Origin: Haliotis rubra
Lineage: Eukaryota
NCBI RefSeq assembly: GCF_003918875.1
Contig: NW_025767589.1
Span: 186,001 to 250,000, forward strand
Length of the DNA: 64,000 bases
Direction: 5' to 3'
This document shows positions 1 to 13,795 of this stretch, in pieces. Position 1 is the stretch's first letter. Each line of letters starts with the position of its first letter. Below the pieces are notes generated by a model. It searched no databases and was not told the origin of the DNA. It saw only the letters and a program-made list of their open reading frames with translations. The position numbers and the translations under genes are program-made.

Positions 1-426
1 GTTATCACCTCCACAAGGTCCTGTAATACCTTCCCCGGGTTCTTATCTCTCCTTAGATATAGTGTGCTTCCAACCCAAGGCTTCTCTGTCAATCTTAACC
101 TGGGGTCTTTTCATCTCTGCCTTAGGTTTGTCAAGCTCCTATCCTCTTCTTTTCTCCCCAATCCCTAGCTGCCCTACTTTGGGGTTATGCCATCACTTCG
201 TTTTGGTTCTGTGATCCCTTCTAAAGGATCCCTGTGTTCACCCATCCCTAATCCCAAGCAATATATGCCATCACCACTATCATCTATCAAATCTACCCAG
301 GTTCCTGCCGTTTCAATCTTTAGGGTCCCCATTATTCCCTAAACAAGTGTTCTGTGATCCTGTCCCCGGGTCCTGTCATCTCTATATCTTGTTTTTATCA
401 ATCTTAATATTATCCCATTCCCTTCC

Positions 427-1748
427 TTGGCGAAATGTTTTACCCACATTTCACAAAGATGTTATCAATGAGAAAGTCCAACATTTCACATACTGTTTTC
501 TTGGTAAACCTCAAATGACATTTGTTTTCAGTTTTGACAAATTGTTATTTACAAACCAAATGTCCCATGGATCAAAGAATGAAGTGTTTGCTTGGGTTTG
601 TCATGTGGGATAGTGGAATACAACGTTGAAAAATCAAACGTTTTGACAGAATGAAACTCGGTTCGTTTCTGAGAGTGTACAAATGTCAGCGAATACTTTG
701 AGTTTTGAGAATCCACATGGTGTTAATTCCGCTTGTCTCAAATACTTTTTGTGAAGCCAGTGTTCGTTGTTTCGTACATTGCTTGACTATTAACTGCTGT
801 GTGTCGGTTTATGAGCCCAGTTATAAGCCCAGTTATGATAGATGATACTGACACAGTATGACCGCCAAATTGTAAATAAAAAAACACGCAGCTCACTGTT
901 GTTTATTATAATGTCAAATAGAATGGCCCGTCCTTCATTGATTTCTTCATGAAGGTGAAAAGAAACAAGAAAGCTATAGATGGCATTAATACTACAAGAA
1001 GAACATGAAAGAAATAGGAGGACATCAAGACGGCTGAAGATGTCCTACAATGTATCTAATCGATGTATGCTACAAAGGTACAAGAAAAATGGTTTGAAGA
1101 CGCATGTTTGATTGTCTTTATCTCTTCTTTCAAATCACAAGATTTGAACTTTTGGAGTTTTCAAGAAGAGTAAGTAATAAGGTAAATATCGGATTTGAAT
1201 GATTAAAACATTATCATATTATGGCGAAAGCCTAATGCTGCCACATTGTAGCATTAATATTTATTTAATCATTTTGTAGGTGCTTGGGAGTATTTCGATT
1301 ACTTTCTCATTACTTTGAATGCTTTCTCTTTACTTGGAGTTTCTTAAAAAACCTTGACATATCGAGCATTTCTCGTTGCTTCAATTAATGTCTGGTTACT
1401 TCAAGTTCCTTACAAGCACTCCAGATTTCACGTTTTTGAAAAGCACTTGAAGTAACGAGAAAATAGTTGAAGCAACGAGGAAATACTCGAAATATTATGT
1501 TTTTGACAGAAACTTCAAGTAACGAGAAAATACTTGAAGGAATGAGAAAATGCTCGAAGAAATATTTGACACAACGAGATTATATTCCCAAGCACCGACA
1601 CAATGATCGAAGCAATGGTGAAAAAATTATTTCATGCCACAAAGGTGGCAGCATTAAGCTTTCTGAATCCTGAAACAAGATGCAACGTCTTTCACCAACA
1701 AATATATGATTTAACCAAAGAGGCCTGGTGGTATCGTATTTACTTATA
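427..1748. repeat. Segmental duplication block, upstream region of copy A (partner 52257-53540)
   Basis: Colinear near-identity starting cttggcgaaatgttttacccacat at both loci. Contains dispersed inverted ttctcgttac/gtaacgagaa motifs at about 1280-1560. Confidence 0.9.
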
Positions 1749-3338
1749 TACTCCCGTCCAAAAGAAAGTATACCAACTATTTTTGCCTGTTGAAATAATA
1801 ATTTTGAACTTAGATCCAGGAACAGTTACAGAAATATGTGCCAAGGCAATGGCTACTTATGTGTAATGACAAATTTTTCGTCGTGCTAACTGTCTGGCTC
1901 AAACGCTCATTATCTGAAAAAGTAACATGCACGCGCTCCACAAAATGCACGTGCAGAAAAAGCGTATAAAAGCAGCTGATGACACAAGGCATTGAAACAG
2001 AATTAATAAGCACACAAGAAAAATGCCACGCCTGACCGCAGTACTGAGAGAGACCTGTAGGAATGGCTCAACAAGGAGCGTCACATGCCCTCATCGCGAG
2101 AACCTTTTGCTGCACCCAGGTATGCATCACCAGGTTCTTTCAGGAAATCCGCCAGACAGGGCAGACAGTAGACTGGCCGAGAAGTGGGAGACCGCGGGTG
2201 ACCACGCCCCGGGAGGACCGCTACATCCGGCTGATCTACCTCAGGAACAGCTTCATCCCAGCAACAGCAACGGCAGCAACGGCACTCGAACATCGTATCA
2301 GTCGACAGACAGTATCATGACGACTGCGTGAACATGGTATTCGAGCACGACGTCCGTACCATGGGGTGGTACTGACACAACAACACCGGCGTAACAGGCC
2401 CCAGTGGGCAAGACAAGTTCGACGTTGGCAAGTCCAAGACTGGTCACGTGTCCTCTTTTCGAATGAGATCAGGTTCTCCGTATTCCTAGCTGATGGGCGT
2501 CAACGTGTCTACAGACGTATTAGAGAACGTTTAGCTCCGAACGTCAAGTTCCAGGCGTATGGTGGAGTTGGTGTTATGGTGTGTGGGGGAATATGTGGTG
2601 AACTGAACACAAGGCTAGTCATCATTCGTGGCAACCTTACTGCACAGAGGTACTGCGACCGGTAGTCCTTCCATTCATTCACCAACAACCACGTGGCATT
2701 GTCTTCCAACCGGATAGGCACCAGTGAAGAGCCACATCCTCGTGGTGGGTGCTGGGTAACGCTAAGCACTCTTCAACCCCCGGTGTGGGCCTGGGTGTAT
2801 ATTTGGCCCACCAACCTGTTAGCCGTGGGTTGCGCCCCTGTGTCGGTGGAGGACGGGAGTCTAGTGGTTGAGGGCACTGGGAGCCTGGAAGCGTGTTCCT
2901 TTTGCCCAACACACCACTTCGACCCTTACTTCACCTAGACGGGTGGTAGAACTGACCCGGTTATATCCATCGGCTGGTCACGCTGTGCCCTGCGCATGGA
3001 AACTGTTTTCAATATTTAATGTTTTGAACAATTCAGACCATTTTGATTTGAATGTTCATATGTTTGATGAAATTACATTGCCTAGAGTCCTGTGCCAGAA
3101 GGCGGTGGCTCATGGGACAATCTGGTGATGTGGATGTCTGAATTCTGAGTTTCTTGAGATTAATGTCATGGGCCGAACCAGCATGACATTTAATCTTTTT
3201 AGATGTCTGAGCTATTCATGTCTGTATTTCTGGAGTATAGCCTCCCTGGTGTTGCAGTCTGGTTTCCACTGCAACATCGTCCTTGTTGACACTCGATGGC
3301 GGGTGGGGGGCAGGGTTGCCGAACATTATTATTTTACT

Positions 3339-4440
3339 ATGGCTCAAAACACGCATTCTGGTTCGTCCAAAACAAATAAACGGAGACATCTTTCTTCTTC
3401 ATCTGATGAGGAGGTATCCCCTTTATTGACAGAATCCTGGCCAAGATTTTTGGTTATTGCAACTGATGACGGGAGTCCGTTAAATATCAATCCTTTTGCC
3501 GTCTCTAAGGGCATCCAAGGTGTCTGCGGAAAGGTAAAGAATGTCACCCACCTCCGAAATGGTTCACTTTTGGTAGAATGTGTACGGAGGCAGCAATCTG
3601 TCAATCTGCTGGGATTACAGCAGTTTGTAAACAAGCAGGTTGTTGTCTCAGTGCATAAGACATTGAACACTTGCAGAGGTATTGTGAGAGACAGGTCCCG
3701 TTGTTTATCAGACATGGATGAAGACGAGATTGTGGCAGTGTTAAAGGACCAAGGCGTTACATCGGAGTGGAGGTATATGTACCAAATCAACTCTGGTATT
3801 ATAAGTGCCAAAAAAAATTGGACATGGTGCAAGGTCTTGCAGAGGCAAATCTGTATGCTCTCACTGCAGTGGGAGTCACGAGAGTAATGACTGCAGTGAT
3901 ACCATACAATGCGCTAACTGTGGTGGTATTCATCTGGCATCCTCCAGATCTTGCCCAAAGTTTGAATACGAGGCCAAAGTTCTCAAAATCAAATGTACTA
4001 ACAGCATATCATACTTTGAAGCAAAGAAAGTAGTAAATGCAGAGTCTAAACCTTCTACAGGACAAACATACTCAGCCATAGTTTCCTCTCCTCCGACGAC
4101 ACCTGTTTATAAATCTCAACCAGTTTCACCTGCAGGCCAAACTGTTATATCTTGGGTGAATGATGATCAAATAACCTTGAATGACATTGATCTAACATCA
4201 AACGATTGTCAACGTTCATCAGCCTTCCAGACTGACGAAACGCAACCAGAAAATATAAATTCAACTCCGGCAACACAGAGTGTTACCCAACTTTCAAGAA
4301 AAGAAAAGAAAAAGTTAAGGAGAAAGAACAGAGCACTTCAGCATTTGGAAGAATCTCCTTCTTTGAGCCCTCGTGTGGTGGTTCAAAATTCGTTTGAACC
4401 ACTTGACATGGAGATTGCTTCTTCACACACAACGTCTACG
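3339..4440 (+). pseudogene. LINE ORF1 (gag-like nucleic-acid-binding protein), frameshifted
   Basis: WPRFLVI...LRNGSLLVEC...HKTLNTCRG; CSHCSGSH and CANCGGIHLASSRSCP zinc knuckles spread over two or more frames. Confidence 0.85.
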
Positions 4441-7400
4441 ATTATTATCGCAGGATTATAAACCATCTGTGTTTAGTTTACAAGAGACATACCTGAAAAA
4501 TACAGACAAATTTGAATTTCGTCAGTACAATTCATTTCATTCGTTTTCACCTCCAGGTAATAAAGCCACCGGCGGCACTTCTTTTTTGGTGAGGCAGGGT
4601 GTGATTCATAGCCCTGTCCCCCTTAAAAGTCCTCTTCAGGCGATTGCTGTCTGTCTTTCGTTACAAATAACCTTCACTCTTTGTTCATTGTACATTTCTC
4701 CATCTTCAGCTCTTCAGCAGTCTGATCTTCAGCATCTATTCAACCAGCTTCCCAAGCCCTGTATTATCATGGGTGATCTTAACGGTCATAACCCTTTGGA
4801 GGGAAGTACTGATACTAACATTAAAGGAAAAATCCTCGAAAACTTCATTTCTAATAATGATCTGTGCATATTTAATGAGCCACGTATTTACATCCTGGTA
4901 CAGGAACATATTCTGCACTAGATCTATCACTAACAGACCCAAATATTTATAACGAATTTGAATGGTCAGTTCATGATGACCTGTGTGGAAGTGACCATTT
5001 CTCCACAATACTTTCAGCTATAAATCAAACTGATGATCCTCCTGCAACAAAGCGAAATTTTAATAAGGCTAACTGGTCATTATATCAGACACTTTGTACT
5101 GACGAACTGAAATCTGACTTTTTTGTCAATGCTCTAGATCCTATTCAGTTGTTCTCGGATAAACTAAATCAAATAGCTGATGAAACTATTCCTAAGTCCT
5201 CTGCGACACCACACATTCGTAAACCATTGTTTACTGATGATTGCAAACAGGCCAGGAAGTGTAGGAAGAAGGCAGAGAAATACTTTCGCCGGCATCCTAC
5301 AGTTCACAATTTAAATAATGTCAAAATAAATAGTGCCAAAGCTCGGCGTGCCTTTAAACAGAATAAGCGTCAGTCTTGGCGAAATTATGTTTCCAAGTTA
5401 AATTCACGCACACCAATTTCAAAGGTGTGGAACATGATTCAACGAATAAAGGGCAAAGGTTCCAAATGTACTGTCCACCATCTGAAGGATGGTGATAATT
5501 TATTAACTGATAAGTCTGACATTGCCAATAAGCAATAATTATAATGAATTATTTTCATTACATGAGCTCCACACTGCCCTTGAGCAAGCTCATGATACAT
5601 CAACAGGAGCTGATAATATTCACTATCAGCTCTTGAAGCATTTACCTGAATCATGTTTGGGAACACTTCTAAATATCTTTGATTCAATATGGACTTCAGG
5701 GAATTTCCCAACTTCGTGGCGTAATGCCATTGTAGTCCCCATTCCAAAACCTGGTCGGGATCATACAGATCCGTCTAATTATAGACCAATCTCTTTGACG
5801 AGTTGTGTCTGTAAAACCATGGAACGAATGGTAAACAATAGGTTAACATGGTATCTTGAAACCAATACCCTCATAACAAATATTCAATGTGGTTTCAGGA
5901 AAAATCCTAGTACCATTGATCATTTGGTACGCTTAGAATCCTTTGTCAAAAATGCAATAGTAAATAAACAACATGCAGTATCGATATTCTTTGATCTCGA
6001 GAAAGCATACGATACCACCTGGAAGCATGGCATTTTAAAGGATTTACATGATTTTGGTTTAAGGGGTCGTTTACCTCTTTCGATATCACAGTTTTTAACT
6101 GACAGGCACTTTCAAGTCCGAGTGGGTTCAACCCTGTCTGACCATTATAATCAGGATCAGGGTGTCCCACAAGGCAGTATTTTGTCTGTCACATTGTTTA
6201 GCATTAAGATTAACAGTTAATCCAAGGTTTTAAATGATTCTGTCTATGGATCATTTTTTGTGGATGATTTTAATATTTCTTGTCGCGGTAAGAATATGCA
6301 TACTATTGAACGGCAACTACAGTTGTGTTTAAACAAAATAAATAAATGGTGTCTTGAAAACGGCTCTAAATTTTCTAAATCAAAAACTAAATGCATACAT
6401 TTCTGTAGAAAATATAAGCCGCATAAGGACCCTGAACTATCTTTAAATGGCACTCCCATCAAAGTTGTAAAGGAGGCCAAGTTCTTGGGCCTAATTTGTG
6501 ACTCCCATCTAACTTTTCTTCCGCATATTAAATCCCTTAAAACTAAATGCCTGAAGGCACTTGACTTATTGAAAGTCGTTTCCAATTCTAAGTGGGGAGG
6601 GGATCAAGCTACCCTCCTTAAACTTTATCGATCATTAGTCCGTCCTAAACTTGATTATGGTTCCATCGTATATGGTGGAGCCTGCAAAAGCAACCTAAAA
6701 CTTTTAGATTCTGTCCACCACCAAGGTATAAGACTATGTCTTGGTTCCTTTAGAACTTCACCTGTTGACAGCCTCTGCGTCGAGGCTGATGAGCCATCTC
6801 TTACACAACGCCGTATAAAATTAACTTTACAGTATATAACAAAACTTTATTCCAATGAGTCAAACCCTGCATATAACTGTGTCTTTAATCCACTATATGA
6901 AGATCTGTATAACAAGAAGCCTTCTCTTGTTCCGCCTCTTGGAATAAGAGTGAAACCTTTCCTTTCTGCTGCTGGCATTGAGCTAGAACATATAGCTCCT
7001 TCACGTCTTATTTCTTCTCCTCCTTGGCAATTGGTGTGGCCACAAGTTGACCTTACACTGGCAACATTTAAAAAATCAGAAACAAATGAATTACAATATC
7101 AACAAGAATTTAATCAATTAAAAACTAAATATACTACATACAAATCCTTATTTACAGATGGGTCCAAGGATGGTGGTGCGGTTGCTTTTGCCACCGTCAT
7201 TGGATCCAGAACAATCTCTTCTCTTAAATATATTGATAAACACCGTAAATATAAACAATACATAATCTTTTCCGATTCTCTTTCGTGTCTTCAGGCTATT
7301 AAAAATCTTTCTTGTAAACATCCACTTTTATTAGAAATTATTGAATTGTATAATGACCTTGCTACTGGCCAATGCGACATTGTCTTTTGTTGGTTACCCA

Positions 7401-7888
7401 GCCACGTTGGCATTTCTGGGAATACAATGGCCGATCTTGCTGCCGAGGCAGCACTCAACAAACCTGTGACACCACTTCTGATCCCGTACTCTGATTACAA
7501 AGCTGCTATAAGATCTTATATCAGTGATCTGATGCAGAAGAAGTGGGATACCCAAGTAGGTATCAATAAATTACATGCAATAAAACCAACTATCGGTTAC
7601 ACCTACTTGGGTTGTCAGTCCAGATTTGAAGAGGTCATCATACGACGATGTCGTATTGGCCACACACGACATACTCATGAGTGCCTATTAAAAGGTGAGG
7701 ATCCTCCGTTTTGTATCCCTTGTGATGAAAGAATCATGGTCAAACATGTCCTGCTTGACTGTGTTGAATATTCCATCACAAGGGATAAGCATTTCAATGT
7801 CAAAACATTGAAGGAACTTTTTTATAATGTTAGTTATCATTCAATAGTTGATTTTTTAAAAGAATTAGATTTGTTGACTGATCTGTAA
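4440..7888 (+). pseudogene. LINE ORF2 (endonuclease, reverse transcriptase, RNase H), disrupted
   Basis: LQET, MGDLNGH, SDH (APE); YRPISLTS, FFDLEKAYD, GVPQGS, FVDD (RT); FTDGSK, WLPSHVGISGN (RNase H). Several frameshifts, stops and deletions. Confidence 0.92.
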
Positions 7889-9001
7889 ATAGCTAAATAT
7901 GTTATTATTGGTAGTTAGATTAGAAACTGAGATTGTTAGTGACTGTACCCTCAAAGGGGGTTGAAGTAGCATAAAAATATTGTCCTCCTGAGAGGGTACA
8001 TAAGCCCCAAAACTTTCAAAGTCAAATATAAATTATCACATTTTAAACGTAGTATTTTGGTTATTTTAACTGTTGGCTAAATTTTCCTACAATCGCCAGC
8101 GGCTGAAGGGATGGTGTAAATCCAGCTAGGATCCATGCATGTAGCAAAAGTAATGTAAGTCCCCATGGTTCCTAGTATGATGATCTGCCTTCAGTTGTTG
8201 GCGATCTATAGCCCATTTTTACATCGTATTGTCCAAAAATAGTTTTGTACTTTTAAAGATATATGCTAGCTAGTTTTAACTCAATCTGTGATAATCTAGT
8301 GGTTTTACTGCCCTTTGCTGACAGGGTTTTATATATTATATGTATGTATTATGAATTTAGAACTAGTTTTAGTCACGATATTGATGAAATATTGCCGATG
8401 TGACTTTAAATCTTAACTCACTCACTCACTCCAACATGATAATACAAGAGCTCATACCGCCAGCCTGACAAGAGACTACCTGAACAACATGAACGTCCAC
8501 GTCTTACCATGGCCAGCGTGTTCACCAGACATGAACCCTATCGCGTTTTTTGTGCGACCACCTCGACAGGCAGTTTAGGAACAGACCAGTACCCCCAGTC
8601 AACGTGCGACAGCTGGAACAGTGCCTGACTGCTGGCAACAGATTCCACGCAACGTCATTAGACGCTTGACGTCATCATGCGCCGACGTATTGTTCCTTGT
8701 GTCGATGCTCAAGGAGGACATACTCGCTACTGAGGCAGTACATGGCTCTCAATTGTGTAAGGGGCATTTTGAAAAAACTTTCTGTTTGTTCAGTTTTATT
8801 GTTCTGATCCATGTTTGGACACCCTATGTGTTTGTTTCCTTTTTATTTCTTTATCATTGTTATATCTGAATCGTGTTTATGTTCAAGAAATGCAGAAATG
8901 GATACTCTAATGAAATATAAAACATATTTTGTTGAAATCGATTGTGTTGTTTCTTAATTGGATTTCGAAACTAGAGGTATACTCTCTTTTGGACGGTAGT
9001 T

Positions 9002-10160
9002 TACAAAACACAAATTTAACTGTTTTGAAAAGCCAAAAGCTGAGAGAGTCACGATAATTTGATATCTATATCTGATACAGAATATTTGACACAGGGGCAG
9101 TAAAATGTATAATGAATTAGAAAGAGGCGTGCTCCACGCTATGTGACAGTGGTATTGAACTGAATGCGACGACAGCCACTTACTTGATTTATGACATGAC
9201 AGCCACAAACATGTGATGCAGCATTCAAATGTCTAACTAGATGCACCTTTCTATGAGGAAGGCTTCCTCGTTGAAGGTCGGGACCTCCCCCAAACAATGT
9301 GAATGGTATTATTGCCTGACAACGTTATCTCTCTTACAAATGCTCAACATAATGCAATATGCACTGTACAAAACAGAGCTGGCATATAGCACAACTGACT
9401 GTCATAGGGTGCTTAATCGGTTTTCTAATTCTATAGACATCACAAACAGAATTATGCATGAGCAATGAGAGACATTAAATGAATGACTTTATGAGTGTAT
9501 CATTACATAAAGGGCGTGTAGCACGGACATGACAATAAATTTTCAGCAACGTTTTTGCTTTACACACCATAAAGTTGTGTTCAAATAGATATTATGCTAT
9601 TCTATAAATACAAGCACATGCCATTGTTAGTTGCTTTTAACCGCTTGGGCCAAGTCTCACCAAACACAGACAAAAAATTTTTGATAGAGTCCATGTTAGG
9701 AATGCACAAAAATGACTTCATTTTATGATGTACCAGTGATCTTTAAATACAGAGTACCGTGACATTAAGAAGCATCATCGAGGTAGATATACTATTGTAT
9801 AGACTTAAACGAAATCCATGATATAAATGTAAGACGTTTAAGTCGGATTTGACAGATTGGGTTAAGTCGAACCACACACTTCTGCCGCAGAGACGACGCT
9901 GAGACTGTTGAAAATAAACTTCACTCTTCGACTCAAGTTTGCTTCAAATAGGTCTACTGCAATTTGTGTCAATGCAGAGAGAGAAAATGCTATTCTACAG
10001 ATTTAGACAGATTCGGTGAATCATCTGTGAAACATGAAAATGTGATTCACAATGGTATATGTGCGTGTAAAATCCGTTTTATTATCTTCCTCACGGAACT
10101 GGGTTCAGTCTATTTACTCGCGATAACGTTATTTATGCTGCACGTATGTTGGTTGTGATT
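9002..10160. repeat. Segmental duplication block (partner about 53550-54775)
   Basis: Colinear similarity, e.g. atgaggaaggcttcctcgttgaaggtcg and cacggaactgggttcagtctattt at both loci. Confidence 0.85.
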
Positions 10161-10277
10161 GTTCATTAATGTCATTAGTGGGTGCGAGCTGTTCATACTC
10201 AACTCAATCGTTCATTGTACCCTTAGAATGTTCAAAACTGAAGCTGTGTATCTTTCTCTTCCCCGAGCTAATGTTCG

Positions 10278-10421
10278 NNNNNNNNNNNNNNNNNNNNNNN
10301 NNNNNNNNNNNNNNNNNNNNNNNNNNNNNNNNNNNNNNNNNNNNNNNNNNNNNNNNNNNNNNNNNNNNNNNNNNNNNNNNNNNNNNNNNNNNNNNNNNNN
10401 NNNNNNNNNNNNNNNNNNNNN
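10278..10421. other. Assembly gap
   Basis: Run of N. Confidence 1.
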
Positions 10422-11579
10422 GGCGTAACCTTTAATACAGTTTGACTGGATATTTCACTTCCTGGCTGCTCAACATGGCGGGTGCCAGGATATTCGTTGT
10501 GGTGGTCTTTCTTAGATGGATACAATTGACATCAGGTGAGTAGATCAATGTCGTTATTTACCACGAGCCATTTCCCACCCGACCCCTGACAGCCCTACTG
10601 TGGGGGTCCTGTCATCCCTACCACCCGGTTCTGTTATCCCGTCCAAAGCAACCCTGTATTCCCCAATCACCGTGGTTGGTCATCCCTAACCAGTTATTCT
10701 ATCACCACTACTCCAGGGATGTATCAAATGCATTAAATTTGCCCGAGCCTTGTCCCAGGTTTGCCTCTCCGCCCAAACCAAGCTTTCTGCCATACTTATC
10801 CCCGGGTCCTGTCATGTGTACATCTGGATTCTGTCAGTTCTACCCCAGAGCCCTATTATCCCTTTTCCTTCCTCATCTTATCCCTACTTTGGGACGCCAG
10901 CCTAAGCGTGATTATACCCCTACGGTGTGGTCCTATCACCAATGTCCCCAGATCATCTTATCCTTACACCAGGCTCCTAACACCCCTAACCTGCTGTCCA
11001 ATTATCCCTACCCAAGTTTCATAACACCCCCATCCTGTGGCTCTGTCCTCCCTACTCCTAGGTCCTGTCCCTGTCCTATCCCTTGGTTATTGCAGTTATA
11101 TTTCGGGGCCCTGATCATCCCACATGCCAGATCACATGAGGTAAACATGCACTTGAACTACCATTTTGTTGAAGCAAAGGTTATGAAACAATATAAAGTA
11201 AATACACAGTTTGTTTCGTTTGTGTCACTGATACTGGTTCGCTTACCCAAGAGATGCTGCGAATGTAGCTCTCCTTCCTCATCCGAAGCCCACTGAAGCT
11301 GAATCTCTCCTCGATATTTGTTCCAAAGTTGAACACATCAAAGAGGTACATTGGGCGGGGTTAATACATATTTAGTGATCAAACGTCTACGTTGTAGGTA
11401 TTTCACTTCCTTGTTGAGGGTATTGGGATAGTATCGCTCTTGCTGTAAGTTGGGCGATAAAAGGACTCAAAGTTTGATGGCATACAAATGATGCAAATGA
11501 TAAAGCTTGAAATGGTCCAGTACACAATCATTGCAGGGACTCAAGTTGATATGGCTAGACTGGCCTACAATTGCTAACA

Positions 11580-11900
11580 TCTGAGGGATGATGTAAATCC
11601 AGCTAGGGTCCATGCAGGAAGCAGAATAATGGTCCCTAGTATGGTGATCTACCTTCAGTTGTTGGCAATCTATAGTCTGTTTATATATTGTCTTGTCATG
11701 TGAAGTTAAAATGGTTTAAATGTAATTACTAGTCTTAAAATTTATATCTGTGATAATCAAGTTGCTTTCCTGTCCTTAGTTGACTTGTTTGTATGATTTA
11801 CCTTTAATTTTTTATTTCTATAACTTGATTTAGTCACGATATGGCTGAAATACTGCCGATGTGCCTTAAATCCTTAACTCAGTGACTCACTCACTCACTC
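11580..11900 (+). mobile_element. 5'-truncated 3'UTR fragment of the I/Nimb LINE family
   Basis: Matches 8095-8429 and ends in taactca(ctca)n. Related copies at 19956-20175 (-), 30560-30820, 58730-59048 and 59382-59573. Confidence 0.8.
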
Positions 11901-12458
11901 AAGTTGATGATAAACAGACGTGTAATCGTCAGAGACTAGTACCTGGTCATTGATTCGCACATCTCTGTGTCTCCCCACAGGTTCCTGTCAACCAGGAAGG
12001 TTTGGAGACTCCTGTAGCTACTCCTGTCACTGCGGGACATCATGTGACTACAGGTGCCTGTTCTGGTTCTTGTGATCCGGGATGGAAAAAGGAAGGGGGT
12101 CTTTGCCAGAAACGTGAGTGACACATACACTGGCTTTGATTTTGATGTGTTTACTATTCTGCTTTGGTCGGTGTGAAAACAGCGTCTTGGTACAAATCAT
12201 TATTAACTGCATGATGATCCCTTAACTCACACCATATATAACATTTGTAATACAACAGATAGTCTGCAGGGTTGTGATTGACATTATACTATTAACTAGA
12301 ATCCGACTATTACCATACATGTACATGTAAACCCATGTTAACCTTTTCACCATTAGCACATACTGGGATATGTATGGAATTTTGTGAGGAGACGATTATT
12401 GTCTTACATTGCACAGAAGTAGAGAGCATCAACAACATCTTGAGTGCCCGGAGATTGG

Positions 12459-12676
12459 TGAGTGAGTTTAGTTTTACGCCGCACGCGCTGATCTGTAAAT
12501 AATTGAGACTGGACCAGACAGCCCAGTTATCAACGGCATGAGCATCGATCTACCCAATTGGGATACGATGACACGTGTCAACCAAGTCAGCGAGCCTGAA
12601 CCCCGATCCCGCTAGTCGCCGCTTACGACATGCATGGGTTACTGAAGATCAATTCTAGGCCGGATCTTCATGGGTT
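12459..12676 (-). mobile_element. SINE-like repeat family 2
   Basis: Shared core with copies at 14093, 27398, 57151 and 59584. (tcac)n tail. TSD-like cggagaYtgg on both sides. Confidence 0.85.
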
Positions 12677-12743
12677 ACGGAGACTGGTACCTGTCAGGGT
12701 ATAGATGGGGGCAGTGACGTTACATGATGATTGTACTTTACAG

Positions 12744-12947
12744 AAAATATTGCACTGAACAAGACAGCATCAACAACATCTGGATTGTTCGGAGGCTGGC
12801 CCGCATCAAAGGCTGTGGACGGAGACAGTGACATACGTGGTGAGGGTAGAACCTGTTTCCACGCTTTTAGATCTCCGTCAGACTGGACGGTGGATCTGGG
12901 CCGGGACTTCCAGCTGTATGACATCAGGATCTACAGCAGACATAAAT
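12744..12947 (+). CDS. Copy A F-type lectin domain, first exon
   Basis: NIALNKTA...AVDG...CFH...WTVDLG...IRIYSR, the FTP/fucolectin signature; AG/GT bounded. Confidence 0.88.
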
Positions 12948-13276
12948 GTAGGTATCCAGACATCGTGATCTAAGAGAGAACGATGCTATTTAGATTGTTA
13001 TGTATCACCTTAGACTCAACTTACACACATTACTGAAGTCTAGTTTTTCACTATAGTACACCAAACACATGAAAAAGTAACAATTTAGCAATTACGTAAT
13101 TCTTCAACAAGTGTTCTGCTGACACATATCTATCAACCTATGTAAACACTCTGCCACAATGTTCTATACAAGCAATATGTGGTGGTCAATAGAGAGGTGA
13201 ACACCTAGACATGTGCAATAGGCTGGTATTGCTTTATTTGATGAGGCATATAATCATTTTATGCTGGTGATCATTC

Positions 13277-13795
13277 TATATCAATAACAGTGCTACCCCA
13301 TCATACCTCAACGAGTGATACCTAGACGTATTTATATCAATAACAGTGCTACCCCATCATACCTCAACGAGTGATACCTAGACGTATTTATATCAATAAC
13401 AGTGCTACCCCATCATACCTCAACGAGTGATACCTAGACGTATTTATATCAATAACAGTGCTACCCCATCATACCTCAACGAGTGATACCTAGACGTATT
13501 TATATCAATAACAGTGCTACCCCATCATACCTCAACGAGTGATACCTAGACGTATTTATATCAATAACAGTGCTACCCCATCAAACCTCAACGAGTGATA
13601 CCTAGACGTATTTATATCAATAACAGTGCTACCCCATCAAGCAGTTGCCTCAACGAGTGATACCTAGACGTATTTATATCAATAACAGTGCTACCCCATC
13701 AAACCTCAACGAGTGATACCTAGACGTATTTATATCAAAAACAGTGCTACCCCATCATACCTCAACGAGTGATACCTAGACGTATTTATATCAAT
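13277..13795. repeat. 56-bp minisatellite, 9 full units plus a partial
   Basis: Unit tatatcaataacagtgctaccccatcatacctcaacgagtgatacctagacgtatt. One unit has a 6-nt longer variant. Confidence 0.97.

Larger units (their letters stand above)
2711..8429 (+). mobile_element. Near full-length I/Nimb-type non-LTR retrotransposon (LINE), degenerate
   Basis: Gag-like ORF1 with CCHC knuckles. ORF2 with APE, RT and RNase H. (TCAC)n tail. TSD tccaac at 2705-2710 and 8430-8435, inside the Tc1 FQHDN codons. Confidence 0.92.
1749..9001 (+). mobile_element. Tc1/mariner DNA transposon, degenerate, split by a LINE
   Basis: TIRs actcccgtccaaaagaaagtatacc (1750) and ggtatactctcttttggacggtagt (8976-9000). Transposase pieces: MPRLT, RSGRPRVTTPREDRYI, WSRVLFSNE, and after the LINE QHDNTRAH and WPACSPDMNPI. 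Absent at the duplicated site near 53540. Confidence 0.9.

Noticed and set aside
1467-1866. Short ORFs repeated at 53292
   Set aside because: Similarity reflects the segmental duplication; frames differ and no domain is recognisable.
10159-10525. ORFs spanning N runs (also 21429-21773)
   Set aside because: Artefacts of assembly gaps.
10676-11296. 206-aa Pro-rich ORF (and similar ORFs at 24642 and 57855)
   Set aside because: C/T-rich intron-1 tract; the frame is not preserved between paralogs.
13277-13795. CRISPR-like array
   Set aside because: Units are contiguous with no unique spacers, there are no cas genes, and the context is a eukaryotic intron.
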